Position numbers and translations under genes: made by a program. From positions 45,139-109,138 of the forward strand of contig JBJEHM010000096.1 in NCBI GenBank assembly GCA_051876075.1: 64,000 nucleotides of DNA, in the 5' to 3' direction. Each line of letters begins with the position of its first letter. Position 1 is the first letter of the stretch. The notes under the pieces were generated by a model. That model was not told the DNA's origin. It saw only the letters and a list, made by a program, of their open reading frames with translations, and made no database searches. This DNA comes from Coriobacteriales bacterium. GTDB lineage: Bacteria > Actinomycetota > Coriobacteriia > Coriobacteriales > QAMH01. Below are positions 1 through 10,480 of the stretch, one piece after another.

Positions 1-71
1 TCGTCATGGAGGAGTTCCACAAGTTCATCGAAGACGTGAAGCCCGAGGACTTCGTCACCGAGGGCAACTAG
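1..71 (+). CDS. 3' end of an unidentified CDS (partial, runs off the window start)
   Basis: Frame 3 is open from the window edge to TAG at 69-71 (...VMEEFHKFIEDVKPEDFVTEGN*). Third positions are GC-rich and a hairpin terminator follows. The product cannot be recognised from 22 aa. Confidence 0.4.
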   Translation, partial: VMEEFHKFIEDVKPEDFVTEGN

Positions 72-98
72 AGCTACTCTTCGCCCCATTCGAATGCA

Positions 99-137
99 AT
101 AGCGCCCCCACACCGAACGTGGGGGCGCTATCTTTGT
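99..137 (+). terminator. Rho-independent terminator
   Basis: Perfect 12-bp stem ATAGCGCCCCCA (99-110) / TGGGGGCGCTAT (120-131) with a 9-nt loop, followed by T-rich CTTTGT. Confidence 0.7.
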
Positions 138-172
138 CACATGCCTGCAAATAACCTATGAAAGGGGCTTCG

Positions 173-1774
173 ATGGCTGATCCCAAGATCAAGCGAGCGA
201 TTATCTCCCTCACAGATAAGACTGGCTGCGAGGACTTCGCCCGCACGCTGGTGGATGAGTTCGGCGTTCAAATCATCTCCACTGGCGGTACCGCACGCGT
301 TCTGAAGGAGGCCGGCATCCCGGTTACCATGATCGACGAGGTCACTGGCTTCCCCGAGATGATGGACGGCCGCGTCAAGACCCTGCATCCCAAGGTCCAT
401 GGCGGCCTTCTGTGCCGCAGGGACCTCCAGACCCATATGGCAGATGCCGAGGCAAACGGCATCGAGATGATCGACATGATCGTGGTCAATCTCTACGCCT
501 TTGAGGCTACCATCGCCAAGCCCGGCGTGGAGTATGCAGACGCCATCGAGAACATCGACATCGGCGGCCCCTCCATGCTGCGCTCTGCCGCCAAGAACCA
601 TGCTAGCGTCACCGTGGTGACCAACCCCGCTTTTTACAGCGCCATCCTTGACGAGATGCGCGCCAACGGCGGTGCCACCACTCTCGAAACCCGCAAGAAG
701 CTGGCCCTCGAAGTCTTCCGCACCACCAGCGCCTATGACAACGCCATCTACAACTGGATGCTCGGGGAGCTTGGCGAGGAGACGGACTTTGCGGATGACA
801 AGCGCATCGTCCTGGAGAAGGAGGCCACCCTCCGCTACGGCGAGAACCCCCATCAGAAGGCTGCCTTCTACAAGCGTCTCAATCCTGGCCGCAAGGGTGG
901 CGAGCCCGCCTCTGCAGCCCACACTCTGGCCAACGCCCAGCAGCTGCAGGGCAAGGAGCTCTCTTACAACAACTACCTCGACACCGATTCCGCGTGGTCT
1001 GCATGCCGCGAGTTCGGCACCGAGGTTCCCACCTGCGTCATCATCAAGCATCAGACTCCCTGCGGCATCGCCCAGGCAGCAGACATCGTCAAGGCATACC
1101 AGGACGCCTTCGAGTGCGACCCCGTCTCTGCCTTTGGCGGAGTGATGGCTTTCAACCGCCCTGTTACCGAGGCCCTGGCCAAGCAGATCGTCGAGGTGAA
1201 CAAGCAGTTCTCCGAGGTGCTCATCGCCCCCGACTTCGAAGACGGAGCCGTTGCCGTTTTTGAGCAGAAGCCCAATGTCCGCCTGCTCAAGACCGGTGGC
1301 ATGAACCCTGCGGGCAACGACGTCGAGGTCCGCATCGTCGAGGGCGGCATGGTCGTCCAGGACCTCGACTCTGTGGCCGAGGATCCCGCTCAGTTCACCG
1401 TCCCCACCGAGGCAAAGCCCACTCCCGAGATGATGGAGGAGCTGCTCTTTGCCTGGAAGGTTGCCAAGTCCGTCAAGTCCAACGCAGTCGTCCTGACCAA
1501 GGGCACCCGCACCGTGGGCATCGGCGGCGGCCAGCCCAACCGCGTCAATTCCGCCCGCATTGCCGTTGACCAGGCAGGCGAGGACGCCAAGGGCGCGGTG
1601 TGCGCGTCCGACGCCTTCCTGCCCTTCCCGGACACCCTCGAGGTCGTGCGCGACGCCGGCGTTGCGGCGCTCATCCAGCCTGGTGGCTCTATCCGCGACG
1701 ACCTCTCCATCGAGGTTGCAAACGCCGCTGGCATGCCCATGGTCTACACCGGTCACAGGCACTTCCGCCACTAA
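173..1774 (+). CDS. purH: Bifunctional AICAR transformylase / IMP cyclohydrolase
   Basis: MADPKIKRAIISLTDKTG...GGTARVLKEAGIPV...GRVKTLHPKVHGGLL and a C-terminal ...GGSIRD...MVYTGHRHFRH are classic PurH signatures. ATG 173 lies inside ORF 158-1774. The ORF start at 158 is also possible. Confidence 0.95.
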   Translation: MADPKIKRAIISLTDKTGCEDFARTLVDEFGVQIISTGGTARVLKEAGIPVTMIDEVTGFPEMMDGRVKTLHPKVHGGLLCRRDLQTHMADAEANGIEMIDMIVVNLYAFEATIAKPGVEYADAIENIDIGGPSMLRSAAKNHASVTVVTNPAFYSAILDEMRANGGATTLETRKKLALEVFRTTSAYDNAIYNWMLGELGEETDFADDKRIVLEKEATLRYGENPHQKAAFYKRLNPGRKGGEPASAAHTLANAQQLQGKELSYNNYLDTDSAWSACREFGTEVPTCVIIKHQTPCGIAQAADIVKAYQDAFECDPVSAFGGVMAFNRPVTEALAKQIVEVNKQFSEVLIAPDFEDGAVAVFEQKPNVRLLKTGGMNPAGNDVEVRIVEGGMVVQDLDSVAEDPAQFTVPTEAKPTPEMMEELLFAWKVAKSVKSNAVVLTKGTRTVGIGGGQPNRVNSARIAVDQAGEDAKGAVCASDAFLPFPDTLEVVRDAGVAALIQPGGSIRDDLSIEVANAAGMPMVYTGHRHFRH

Positions 1775-1800
1775 GCCCGGCACCCAGAGTTCGTGAAGGC

Positions 1801-1834
1801 GGCGAGGGACAGCTTCCCTCGCCGCTGTCTTTTC
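1801..1834 (+). terminator. Rho-independent terminator after purH
   Basis: GGCGAGGGA (1801-1809) / TCCCTCGCC (1815-1823), 5-nt loop, followed by GCTGTCTTTTCC. Confidence 0.7.
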
Positions 1835-1849
1835 CGTTGAATCTTCCCC

Positions 1850-2068
1850 TTGCGCCGCTTGCCGTTTTTCCGTATGATTTCATGCGCATCAAATGCGGTA
1901 GCTCCCCGTCCTTGAGGAACGCGCCTTTAGAGGGAGGACGCCTGCGCTAAGCGGGCGCACAGAGGGAAGGCAGCGAGCAAGGAGAGAGCGGGTTGAGCAC
2001 GGCATACGGGGCTTGCGTGAACAAGCCTCGACAAAACGGGACGCCGGGAGGGCGTCCTCTTTTGTTTT
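1850..2068 (+). ncRNA. Candidate small RNA or cis-regulatory leader (orphan promoter-terminator unit)
   Basis: TTGCGC (1850-1855), 17-nt spacer, TATGAT (1873-1878). Then about 150 nt of purine-rich, hairpin-forming sequence. It ends in GGACGCC (2039-2045) / GGCGTCC (2051-2057) followed by TCTTTTGTTTT. A second copy of GGACGCC at 1936-1942 could pair alternatively with the 3' arm. No convincing ORF is present. Confidence 0.3.
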
Positions 2069-2162
2069 CCGGCCCCGTTTGCGAGCTAGTGGGGTAAGGC
2101 AACACCCGATGTGGCTCTGTGATGTATCATCCCCTCACGCAACAGAGCCTAGGAGGAGTGGC

Positions 2163-2843
2163 ATGAGCCAAGACATACCCCGCAACAAGATCAAGACCGC
2201 AGCCAGCGCACCCGTGCGCGACGACGCTGCCCTGGAGGCGGAGTGGCTTGCCAACAACGTGCCTGCTGAGAGACTCGAGCTTCACTGGCGTTATGAGAGC
2301 GGCGTGGTGCAGCTTTACGAGCGCCGCCTGCGCAGCCTGGCTGCCTACGGGGTCGGCCCCGCGTTGCGCTCGTACTTGCGCACGCGCTTGGAGTGGTTCT
2401 GCGACAACAAGCTCTATGCGCAGCCGAGAGGCATCGTGGTCGTGACGGTGGAGACCAACGGCGATGTTGACATGCAGCTTGGAGACCCCGCCGAGCGTCC
2501 GCTCCTGAGCGACTCCGACCTCCTGTGGAACGGAGACGAGCTTTCAGGGGCGCAGCTCGACGGCACGCTCTTTGCACGCTGCGGTGACCGCCTTGCCATC
2601 TTGGGATCAGGGCCGCTGAGGGATGCTTGCGAGTGCTTTGCGGCAGATCTGTCGAAAACACTCGCCCATAGCTTGGGTTACCAGCTCTCTCAGCTAGCCG
2701 TCACCCGCTCTGAGCTTTCATCATGCGAGCTGCTGCTCGTCAACGAGGAGCTGGGCGAATTGCCTTTCCGGGGTCATGAAGGCCCGTATGTCGAAAAGAT
2801 GAGGAGCTGCTTCAACAAGCTGTGGAGCACCGGTAAGCAGTAA
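2163..2843 (+). CDS. Hypothetical protein (226 aa), first gene of the UPF0210 operon
   Basis: ATG 2163 is preceded by AGGAGGAG and the frame has good GC3 bias. Segments such as LYERRLRSLAAYGV...GIVVVTVETNG and LVNEELGELPF faintly recall fold-type IV PLP enzymes (PabC/IlvE-like). I cannot confirm that resemblance. Confidence 0.6.
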   Translation: MSQDIPRNKIKTAASAPVRDDAALEAEWLANNVPAERLELHWRYESGVVQLYERRLRSLAAYGVGPALRSYLRTRLEWFCDNKLYAQPRGIVVVTVETNGDVDMQLGDPAERPLLSDSDLLWNGDELSGAQLDGTLFARCGDRLAILGSGPLRDACECFAADLSKTLAHSLGYQLSQLAVTRSELSSCELLLVNEELGELPFRGHEGPYVEKMRSCFNKLWSTGKQ

Positions 2844-2904
2844 GGAGCGCATGCCATCGACTACAATGGCTGCCTGATTGAGAATCTGTAGCGAGGGGGT
2901 ACCC

Positions 2905-4269
2905 GTGCCTGTCACCACCGACCATGTTGTCGAGACCATCTCGATGGTCACCCAGCAGCACTTGGACATCCGCACCATCACCTTGGGCCTGAGCCTGTAC
3001 AACTGCGTTGACAACGATGTCAACGCAGTGGCAAAGAAGGTCTACGAGCGCCTCACCACGGCGGCGGAAAACCTGGTGCCCACTGCAGAGCAGCTGCAGA
3101 GGGAGTACGGCATCCCCATCATCAACAAGCGCATCTCCGTCACCCCGGTTGCCGCGTTGGCTGCCGCCACAGATGCCGAGGACCTCACCCCCATCGCCCA
3201 GGCCATGGACCGCGCCGCCAAGGAGGTCGGCGTGGACTACGTGGGCGGCTTCTCCGCCCTGGTGCAAAAGGGCATGGCAGACGCCGACCGCCGCCTTATC
3301 AACAGCATTCCCAAGGCGCTCGCCATCACGGACAGGGTCTGCGCCTCTGTGAACGTTGGCTCCACCAAGGCCGGCATCAACATGGACGCCGTCTTGCGCA
3401 TGGCAGAGATCATCCGCGAGTGCTCCGAGCTCACGGCAGACCGCCAATGTGTGGGGGCTTCCAAGCTCGTGGTCTTCTGCAACGCCGTCGAGGACAACCC
3501 CTTCATGGCCGGTGCCTTCCATGGGGCGGGCGAGCCTGGTGAAGTCGTCAACGTCGGCATCTCCGGCCCCGGCGTTGTGCGCGCTGTCTTGGCAGACATG
3601 CCCAAGACCGCATCTATGACAGAGATTGCAGAGGCTATCAAAGCCACCACCTTCAAGATCACCCGCGCGGGAGAGCTCATCGCGCGCGAGGCGTCCAAGC
3701 GCCTGGGCTATCAGCGCGGCATTCTCGACCTCAGCCTTGCGCCCACCCCTGCAGAGGGGGACTCTGTGGCAGAGATCCTGGAAGCGATCGGCGTGGGCAA
3801 GGTCGGCGCTCCGGGAACCACCGCTGCGCTCGCACTGCTCAACGACGCCGTGAAGAAGGGCGGCGTTATGGCGAGCTCCTCTGTGGGCGGCCTGAGCGGT
3901 GCGTTCATCCCCGTTTCCGAGGACGCGGGCATGATTCGCTCTGCAGAGGCAGGCTGCCTCACCCTGGAGAAACTCGAGGCGATGACGGCGGTGTGTTCCG
4001 TGGGCCTCGACATGATCGCCATTCCCGGTGACACCTCGGTCGAGACGATTGCGGGTATCATCGCCGACGAGGCGGCCATCGGCCTCATCAACAACAAGAC
4101 CACCGCGGTGCGCCTCATCCCGGCAATCGGCCAGGCTGTTGGCGGCTGTGTGGATTACGGCGGGCTCTTTGGCAAGGCGCCTGTCATGGCGGTCAACACC
4201 AATTCCGGGACGGTGTTCGCGCGTCGCGGAGGCCGCTTCCCCGCGCCTATCAACTCTCTCAAGAACTAG
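2905..4269 (+). CDS. UPF0210 / DUF711 (PFL-like) family protein
   Basis: The N-terminus ...[26 protein letters not shown] and the overall ~454-aa length match the conserved UPF0210 family. GTG 2905 follows GAGGGGG. The ORF track starts earlier, at TTG 2878. Confidence 0.85.
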   Translation: MPVTTDHVVETISMVTQQHLDIRTITLGLSLYNCVDNDVNAVAKKVYERLTTAAENLVPTAEQLQREYGIPIINKRISVTPVAALAAATDAEDLTPIAQAMDRAAKEVGVDYVGGFSALVQKGMADADRRLINSIPKALAITDRVCASVNVGSTKAGINMDAVLRMAEIIRECSELTADRQCVGASKLVVFCNAVEDNPFMAGAFHGAGEPGEVVNVGISGPGVVRAVLADMPKTASMTEIAEAIKATTFKITRAGELIAREASKRLGYQRGILDLSLAPTPAEGDSVAEILEAIGVGKVGAPGTTAALALLNDAVKKGGVMASSSVGGLSGAFIPVSEDAGMIRSAEAGCLTLEKLEAMTAVCSVGLDMIAIPGDTSVETIAGIIADEAAIGLINNKTTAVRLIPAIGQAVGGCVDYGGLFGKAPVMAVNTNSGTVFARRGGRFPAPINSLKN

Positions 4270-4294
4270 CCCTGCGCTTTGCGGGCACGTGCTG

Positions 4295-4330
4295 CCGCCC
4301 GTCCGGGCTCGAGCCCGGGCGGGCGGTTTT
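4295..4330 (+). terminator. Rho-independent terminator
   Basis: Near-perfect long palindrome CCGCCCGTCCGGGCTC / GAGCCCGGGCGGGCGG followed by TTTT. Confidence 0.75.
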
Positions 4331-4485
4331 ACACGTCAGCTGTGCAGAGTTTGCGCAGGAAGAAGCGGGTGTTGCCAAAGATACACCCTGCTTAGGTACA
4401 ATCAAGTTCTCTGCATTTGCAGCACGAACATGAGAAAACCATGCGCTCAGCACCAGCTGAGACGCGAGCTCGGAAAGGCTCCTAC

Positions 4486-7400
4486 ATGACCATGCTCCCG
4501 AACGACGCGCTCCGCATCGGTATCGATGTTGGCTCTACCACGGTCAAGCTCCTGGCCCTTGACCAAGCAGACCAGGTGCGTTTCTCCGTCTACCGCAGGC
4601 ACCATTCTGATGTCCGCGCCACGGTTATCGAGATTGTCGAGGAAGCCCTCGCCCAGGTGGGCGATGTTCCTGCTGCGGTGACCATCACCGGCAGCGGCGG
4701 TCTGCTGCTTGCTGGCTGGCTCGACGTACCCTTCATCCAAGAGGTCATCGCAGACAAGTATGCGGTTGAGTCCCTGATCCCGCAGACAGACGTCGCCATC
4801 GAGCTCGGAGGCGAAGACGCCAAGATCATCTACTTTGACGGTGGCATCGAGCAGCGCATGAACGGCACCTGCGCCGGCGGCACCGGCGCCTTCATCGACC
4901 AGATGGCAAGCCTGCTCGACACAGACGCCTCCGGCCTCAACGAGCTGGCCAAGAACCACACCATCATCTACCCCATCGCCTCGCGCTGCGGCGTGTTCGC
5001 CAAGACCGACGTGCAGCCCCTGCTCAACGAAGGAGCCCGGAAAGAGGATATCGCCGCCTCGATCTTCCAGTCCGTGGTGACGCAGACCATCTCCGGCCTG
5101 GCCTGCGGGCGTCCCATCCATGGCAACGTCGCCTTCTTGGGCGGCCCGCTCCACTACCTCAGCGAGCTCAAGGCCCGCTTTGTCGAGACGCTCGAGCTCA
5201 CGCCAGAGACAACGCTCGAGCCCGCAGACAGCCATCTCTTCGTGGCGCGCGGCGCTGCCATCGCCAGCTCCAAGAACGAGGAGTCGCTCACGCTCAGCGA
5301 AGTCGAGCGACGCTTGAAGGCTCTGGGAGACATTCAGGGCAGCGAGGTCGTGCGCCTCGACCCCTTGTTCAAAGACGAGGAGGAGTACCGCGCCTTCAGG
5401 GAGCGTCACTCCAAGAATGCGGTGAGGAGGGGCGAGCTCTCCTCGTATCGCGGTGTTGCCTATCTGGGCATCGATGCTGGTTCCACTACGCTCAAGAGCG
5501 CGCTCATCGGCCAGGACGGCGAGCTCCTCAAGACCTTCTACGCCTCCAACAAGGGCGATGTGCTGGGCACCTGCCGCCGCATGCTCGGCGAGCTGTGGGA
5601 TGACATCCCCCGCGACGAGCAGGGCAACCCCCTGGTGAGCATCGGCCATACCACCGTTACCGGCTATGGCGAGGGCTTGCTGCTCCAGGCAGTCAAGGCA
5701 GACAGCGGGGAGATCGAGACCGTCGCGCACCTGAGGGGTGCGGAGGAGATGCTCCCCGGCGTCGAGTTCATCCTCGACATCGGCGGCCAGGACATGAAGT
5801 GCCTGCGTGTCAAGAACGGCATCATCGAGCACATCATGCTCAACGAGGCCTGCTCCTCTGGCTGCGGCTCGTTCATCGAGGCCTTTGCCAGCAGCCTCAA
5901 CTACAGCGTGCAGGACTTTGCGGCAGAGGCCATCCATGCCGCCGCACCTGTCGACTTGGGCAGCCGCTGCACCGTGTTCATGAACTCGCGCGTTAAGCAG
6001 GCCCAGAAAGAGGGCGCCACTGTTGGCGACATCTCTGCTGGCTTGAGCTACTCCGTCATCAAGAACGCCCTGTTCAAGGTCATCAAGCTGAGGGACGCAT
6101 CAGAGATGGGGGACAAGGTCATCGTCCAGGGCGGTACCTTCCTCAACGACGCGGTGCTGCGGGCCTTCGAGAACCTCGCCGGCCACGAGGCGGTGCGCCC
6201 GGACATCGCTGGCAACATGGGCGCCTACGGTGCTGCCTTGCTGGCGCGAGACCGCGCCACTGGAGCCGGCTCCACCCTGCTCACCCCCGAGCAGATCGAC
6301 CAGCTCCAGATCAAGCACACCACGGTGCGCTGCAAGAAGTGCGACAACAACTGTCTGCTCACCATCAACGACTTTGGCAAGGATCCGGAAACCGGCAAGC
6401 ATCACCGCTTCATCACCGGCAATCGCTGCGAGAAGGGCGCCGGCAACGCCGATGCGATGGCCAAGGTTCCCAACCTCTACGAGTTCAAGGAGCACCTGCT
6501 CTTCGACCGCGAATGCCTGCCGCGGGCCGAGGCCAAGTACGGCTCTGTGGGCATTCCCCGCGCGCTGAACATGTACGAGAACTACCCCTTCTGGCACAGC
6601 TTCTTCACCACGCTGGGCTATCACGTCGAGCTGAGCGACCCCAGCTCGAAGAAGACCTACGAGGCGGGCATCGAGTCCATGCCGTCCGAGAGCGTGTGCT
6701 ATCCCGCCAAGCTGAGCCACGGCCACATCATGGATCTGCTGCAGCGCGACATCGACTTCATCTGGATGCCCTGCGCGCGCTGGGAGCGCCAGGAGGACGA
6801 CACCGCCAACAACCACTACAACTGCCCCATCGTCATGAGCTACAGCGAGGCGCTCAAGCTCAATGTAGACGAGCTGCGCGGTTCGAGGATCGATTTCCTC
6901 AACCCCTTCCTGCCGTACCACGACAAAGAGGCCCTCAAGCTTCGCCTCTTCGAGCAGCTCAACATCAAGCGCCGCGAACAGCTCGCAGAGCGCGGCGTGC
7001 GCGTGGCAGAGGACCTCTTCCCCTCTCGCCAGGAGATCGACGACGCTGTCGAGGTCGCCTGGGGTGTTGACGAGGGATTCAAGGCCGCCATGCGGGCCAA
7101 GGGCGAGGAAGTGCTGCGCTGGCTCGAGGAGACCGGCGGGCACGGCATCGTGCTGGCGGGGCGCCCCTACCACAACGACCGAGAGATTAACCATGCCATT
7201 CCCGAGCTCATCACCAGCTACGGGCTGGCCGTGCTCACAGAGGACTCGGTAGCCCACTTGGGCCACGTCGAGCGCAACCTGCGCGTCTACGACCAGTGGA
7301 TGTACCACACCCGCCTCTACCGCGCAGCCAAGGTGGTCACCCAGCGCAACGACCTCGACCTCATCCAGCTCAATAGCTTCGGGTGCGGCTTGGATGCCCT

Positions 7401-8925
7401 CACCACCGATGAGGTGCAGGAGATCTTGGAGGGCAGCGGCAAGGTGTACACCTGCCTCAAGATCGACGAGGTCTCCAACCTGGGTGCCGCGCGCATCCGC
7501 CTGCGCTCGCTGCTCGCCGCCCTGCACCAGCAGACCAGCGCCGCCGGAGGCATCGACGACGAGGCCCTCGACAAGGCCATCTACGACAACCTCAAGGTGT
7601 GCGGCTGCAGCCCCACGGGCTGCCTCGACGTGCAGCGCGAGGCCGAGTCAACCGAGTTCCCCCGCGTCGAGTTCACCAAGCAGATGAAAGACGAGGGTTG
7701 GACCATCCTCGCGCCCCAGATGTCCCCCATCCATTTCGAGCTGCTCATCCCCGTGTTCAAGCGCTTTGGCTACAACATGGAGCTGCTGCCCGCTGTTGAC
7801 CCTGGTGCGGTCGAGGCCGGCCTCAAATACGTCAACAACGACATCTGCTACCCCTCCATCTTGGTAACCGGCCAGATTCTCGAGGCTGTCACCAGCGGCC
7901 GCTACGACATGAGCCGCACGGCTGTCATGATCAGCCAGACGGGTGGAGGCTGCCGAGCCACCAACTACATCTCGCTCATCCGCAAGGGCCTCAAGGAAGC
8001 GGGCTACGGTCATGTGCCTGTGGTCGCTCTTGCCCTGGGGTCTACCAACGAGTCCAACTCCGGCTGGAACCTCACGCCGCCCATGCTCAAGGCTGCCATT
8101 CCCGCGCTGCTCATGGGAGACCTCTTGATGATGCTGCTCTACCGTGTGCGCCCCTACGAGGCTGTGCCCGGCAGCGCCAACGCCCTGTTCGAGAAGTGGA
8201 TGGCGTATCTGAACGAAACCGTGGCCACCATGAAGCTCCGCGAGGCAAAGAAGCTGTACGGCCAGATCGTCCGCGAGTTCGACGAGCTGCCCTGCGTGGA
8301 CTTTGGCAGCAAACCCCGCGTGGGCGTGGTGGGAGAGATCTTGGTCAAGTTCCACCCCACGGCCAACAACGAGGTCGTCAAGGTCATCGAGGAAGAGGGC
8401 TGTGAGGCCAACGTTCCCGGCTTGGTCGACTTCTTCCTCTTCGGCCTTGCCAACCGCGTATTCCGCCACCAGACGCTCGTCCCCAACAAGAAGAACGACG
8501 TGGTTTTCCGCAATCTGGTGAACTACCTGGAGCACCTCCGCGAGCCCATCCGCAAGGCCCTGCGCGACTCACAGCGCTTTGAGCCCTTTGGCACTATCTG
8601 GGAGACTGCCGAAGGCGCGGGGGAGATCTTGGACCTGTGCAACACCATGGGAGAAGGCTGGCTGCTCACCGGCGAGATGGTCGAGCTCATCAAGGGCGGC
8701 ACGCCCAATATCGTGTGCGCGCAGCCCTTTGCGTGCCTGCCCAACCACGTGGTGGGCAAGTCTGTCATCAAGGAGCTGCGCCGCCGCTACCCCCAGACCA
8801 ACATCGTCGCGGTGGACTACGATCCCGGTGCCTCCGAGGTCAACCAGCTCAACCGCATCAAGCTGATGATCGCCGTGGCCTTCAGCAACAAGGAAGAAGC
8901 CGAGAGGGAGGCCCAGGGCAAGTAA
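4486..8925 (+). CDS. BcrAD/BadFG-type double ATPase (2-hydroxyacyl-CoA dehydratase activase-like) fused to dehydratase-component-like domains
   Basis: There are two acetate/sugar-kinase-fold ATPase repeats ([12 protein letters not shown]... and [14 protein letters not shown]...), each followed by an ...ACSSGCGSF / CAGGTGAF cluster-helix region. A long C-terminal region then resembles HgdB/DUF2229. ATG 4486 follows GGAAAGG, and 4441 is an alternative start. Confidence 0.85.
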   Translation: MTMLPNDALRIGIDVGSTTVKLLALDQADQVRFSVYRRHHSDVRATVIEIVEEALAQVGDVPAAVTITGSGGLLLAGWLDVPFIQEVIADKYAVESLIPQTDVAIELGGEDAKIIYFDGGIEQRMNGTCAGGTGAFIDQMASLLDTDASGLNELAKNHTIIYPIASRCGVFAKTDVQPLLNEGARKEDIAASIFQSVVTQTISGLACGRPIHGNVAFLGGPLHYLSELKARFVETLELTPETTLEPADSHLFVARGAAIASSKNEESLTLSEVERRLKALGDIQGSEVVRLDPLFKDEEEYRAFRERHSKNAVRRGELSSYRGVAYLGIDAGSTTLKSALIGQDGELLKTFYASNKGDVLGTCRRMLGELWDDIPRDEQGNPLVSIGHTTVTGYGEGLLLQAVKADSGEIETVAHLRGAEEMLPGVEFILDIGGQDMKCLRVKNGIIEHIMLNEACSSGCGSFIEAFASSLNYSVQDFAAEAIHAAAPVDLGSRCTVFMNSRVKQAQKEGATVGDISAGLSYSVIKNALFKVIKLRDASEMGDKVIVQGGTFLNDAVLRAFENLAGHEAVRPDIAGNMGAYGAALLARDRATGAGSTLLTPEQIDQLQIKHTTVRCKKCDNNCLLTINDFGKDPETGKHHRFITGNRCEKGAGNADAMAKVPNLYEFKEHLLFDRECLPRAEAKYGSVGIPRALNMYENYPFWHSFFTTLGYHVELSDPSSKKTYEAGIESMPSESVCYPAKLSHGHIMDLLQRDIDFIWMPCARWERQEDDTANNHYNCPIVMSYSEALKLNVDELRGSRIDFLNPFLPYHDKEALKLRLFEQLNIKRREQLAERGVRVAEDLFPSRQEIDDAVEVAWGVDEGFKAAMRAKGEEVLRWLEETGGHGIVLAGRPYHNDREINHAIPELITSYGLAVLTEDSVAHLGHVERNLRVYDQWMYHTRLYRAAKVVTQRNDLDLIQLNSFGCGLDALTTDEVQEILEGSGKVYTCLKIDEVSNLGAARIRLRSLLAALHQQTSAAGGIDDEALDKAIYDNLKVCGCSPTGCLDVQREAESTEFPRVEFTKQMKDEGWTILAPQMSPIHFELLIPVFKRFGYNMELLPAVDPGAVEAGLKYVNNDICYPSILVTGQILEAVTSGRYDMSRTAVMISQTGGGCRATNYISLIRKGLKEAGYGHVPVVALALGSTNESNSGWNLTPPMLKAAIPALLMGDLLMMLLYRVRPYEAVPGSANALFEKWMAYLNETVATMKLREAKKLYGQIVREFDELPCVDFGSKPRVGVVGEILVKFHPTANNEVVKVIEEEGCEANVPGLVDFFLFGLANRVFRHQTLVPNKKNDVVFRNLVNYLEHLREPIRKALRDSQRFEPFGTIWETAEGAGEILDLCNTMGEGWLLTGEMVELIKGGTPNIVCAQPFACLPNHVVGKSVIKELRRRYPQTNIVAVDYDPGASEVNQLNRIKLMIAVAFSNKEEAEREAQGK

Positions 8926-9009
8926 ACTCAGCCCGTTCAAGAGGGGAGCGCCCTGCCGCTGGCTGTAGGCTGGCGAGCGGAGTGCTCCTTGCGTTGCATG
9001 TCAAAACGA

Positions 9010-9045
9010 AGATGCGCCCGCTGCCGTCTGACAGCGGGCGCATCT
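9010..9045. terminator. Bidirectional terminator between convergent genes
   Basis: Perfect 14-bp stem AGATGCGCCCGCTG (9010-9023) / CAGCGGGCGCATCT (9032-9045). It lies between the stop of the activase fusion (+) and the stop of asd (-). Confidence 0.7.
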
Positions 9046-9075
9046 GCAGCGTTGGGCTGGCGGTGGTTGCCCGGC

Positions 9076-10152
9076 TTACTCCTGGGGCAGCAGGGCCTGG
9101 GCGATGTAGACAGCATTGAGGGCGGCACCGCGCAGGAGCTGGTCTGCCACGACCCACATGGCGATGCCCCTGTTGTCAGCCACGGTGTGGTCCCTGCGGA
9201 CGCGGCCTACAAAGGTCTCGAAGGAGCCTGCGTGCAGCGCGGGCATGGGGTAGACCTTGTTGGCGGGGTCGTCCTCGAGGGTGACGTGCGTGCCGTTGGC
9301 AAGGGCCTCCTTGACGGCCTCCACGCTCACGGGGTGGTCGAACTCGATGTTGATGCTTTCGCTGTGGCAGCGCAGGACGGGCACGCGCACGCAGGTGGGA
9401 GCGACCTCGACGCTGTCATCGCCAAAGATCTTCTTGGTCTCGACGACCATCTTCCACTCTTCCTTGGTGTATCCCTCGGGGACGTCGTTGAGGTAGTCGC
9501 CATCGACGAAGACGTCGATGTGGGGGATGCAGTTGAAGGCGATCTGATGGGCGAAGGCCTTGGGCTCGAACTCCTCGCCGGCGAGGTACTGACCGGTCTG
9601 GACCTGCAGCTCCTCCATGCCCTTGGCGCCCGCGCCCGAAGAGGACTGGTAGCTGCTCACGATGATGCGGTCGATGTGGCCCAGGGCGCGCAGGGGCTCG
9701 AGGGCGACGACCATCTGGATGGTGGTGCAGTTGGGGTTTGCGATGACGCCGTTGTGCTCGGCGATGGCAGCGGCGTTGACCTCCGGGACAACCAGGGGCA
9801 CGTCCGGCTCGACGCGGAATGCAGAGGAGTTGTCGATCATGACGGCGCCGGCATCGACAACGGCCTGGCGGAACTTCTTGGAGATGGACGCTCCTGCCGA
9901 GAACAGGGCGATGTCGACACCCTGGAAGGATTCTTCGGTCATCTCCTGGACGGTGAGCTCGCCCGCTGGTACCTGGCCGCAGCCGGCAAAGGGGAGCTTC
10001 TGGCCGGCGGAGCGGGCAGAGGCGAGGACACGGACCTCGGAGGCGGGGAAGTCGAGCTGCTCCAGGCACTTGAGCATCTCGCGGCCCACTGCTCCGGTGG
10101 CACCCGCCACTGCTACGACGGGATGGGCGGGCATGGGTTTGGTCCAAGCCAT
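9076..10152 (-). CDS. asd: Aspartate-semialdehyde dehydrogenase
   Basis: MAWTKPMPAHPVVAVAGATGAVGREMLKCLE...NPNCTTIQMVVAL...SGAG... are typical Asd motifs. ATG 10152 follows AGGAGG on the minus strand. Confidence 0.93.
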   Translation of the reverse strand: MAWTKPMPAHPVVAVAGATGAVGREMLKCLEQLDFPASEVRVLASARSAGQKLPFAGCGQVPAGELTVQEMTEESFQGVDIALFSAGASISKKFRQAVVDAGAVMIDNSSAFRVEPDVPLVVPEVNAAAIAEHNGVIANPNCTTIQMVVALEPLRALGHIDRIIVSSYQSSSGAGAKGMEELQVQTGQYLAGEEFEPKAFAHQIAFNCIPHIDVFVDGDYLNDVPEGYTKEEWKMVVETKKIFGDDSVEVAPTCVRVPVLRCHSESINIEFDHPVSVEAVKEALANGTHVTLEDDPANKVYPMPALHAGSFETFVGRVRRDHTVADNRGIAMWVVADQLLRGAALNAVYIAQALLPQE

Positions 10153-10360
10153 GGTGGTTCCTCCTGGTGTGTGGTGGATCAAAGCATGAAAGTGCGTCCA
10201 TCATAGCGCGGCTTGTTTTCCGCTTGCGGCGCTGAGCGGGGCCAGACGGGGAGCGGCTGCCCATGCCTGGCCTCGTGCGGGGAGAAGCTGCCGGGTCGGC
10301 GGGGCGAGCGCGCGCCCGTATGCCCCTATAATGGGCTGCATCCCGTGTTGAAGGAGTTCC

Positions 10361-10426
10361 ATGGAAGTCTATGCAGAGGACATAGTCATTGGCGTGCTTC
10401 TGTTCCCGCTGGTGAGCCTCGATTAG
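10361..10426 (+). CDS. Possible 21-aa micro-ORF (MEVYAEDIVIGVLLFPLVSLD)
   Basis: Consensus TATAAT at 10327-10332, AAGGAG at 10351-10356, ATG at 10361 and TAG at 10424-10426. It sits 55 nt upstream of the next gene. It is too short for coding statistics. Confidence 0.25.
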   Translation: MEVYAEDIVIGVLLFPLVSLD

Positions 10427-10480
10427 CTGCGTCCTGCCCTGCGCTATGCTGCAATAACCAGAAGAGAAACGGGGGGAGAT

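Noticed and set aside
72-172. ZTP (pfl) or purine riboswitch upstream of purH. The purC (26186-26320) and PurF-like (39264-39473) upstream regions were also checked
   Set aside because: None of the three regions contains the conserved cores I remember for these classes. They contain only terminators and short promoter-like sequence.
137-1783. 548-aa minus-strand ORF antisense to purH
   Set aside because: It is a mirror ORF, typical of high-GC DNA. The + strand encodes an unmistakable PurH, and the antisense translation is low-complexity and rich in Gly, Ala, Leu and Val.
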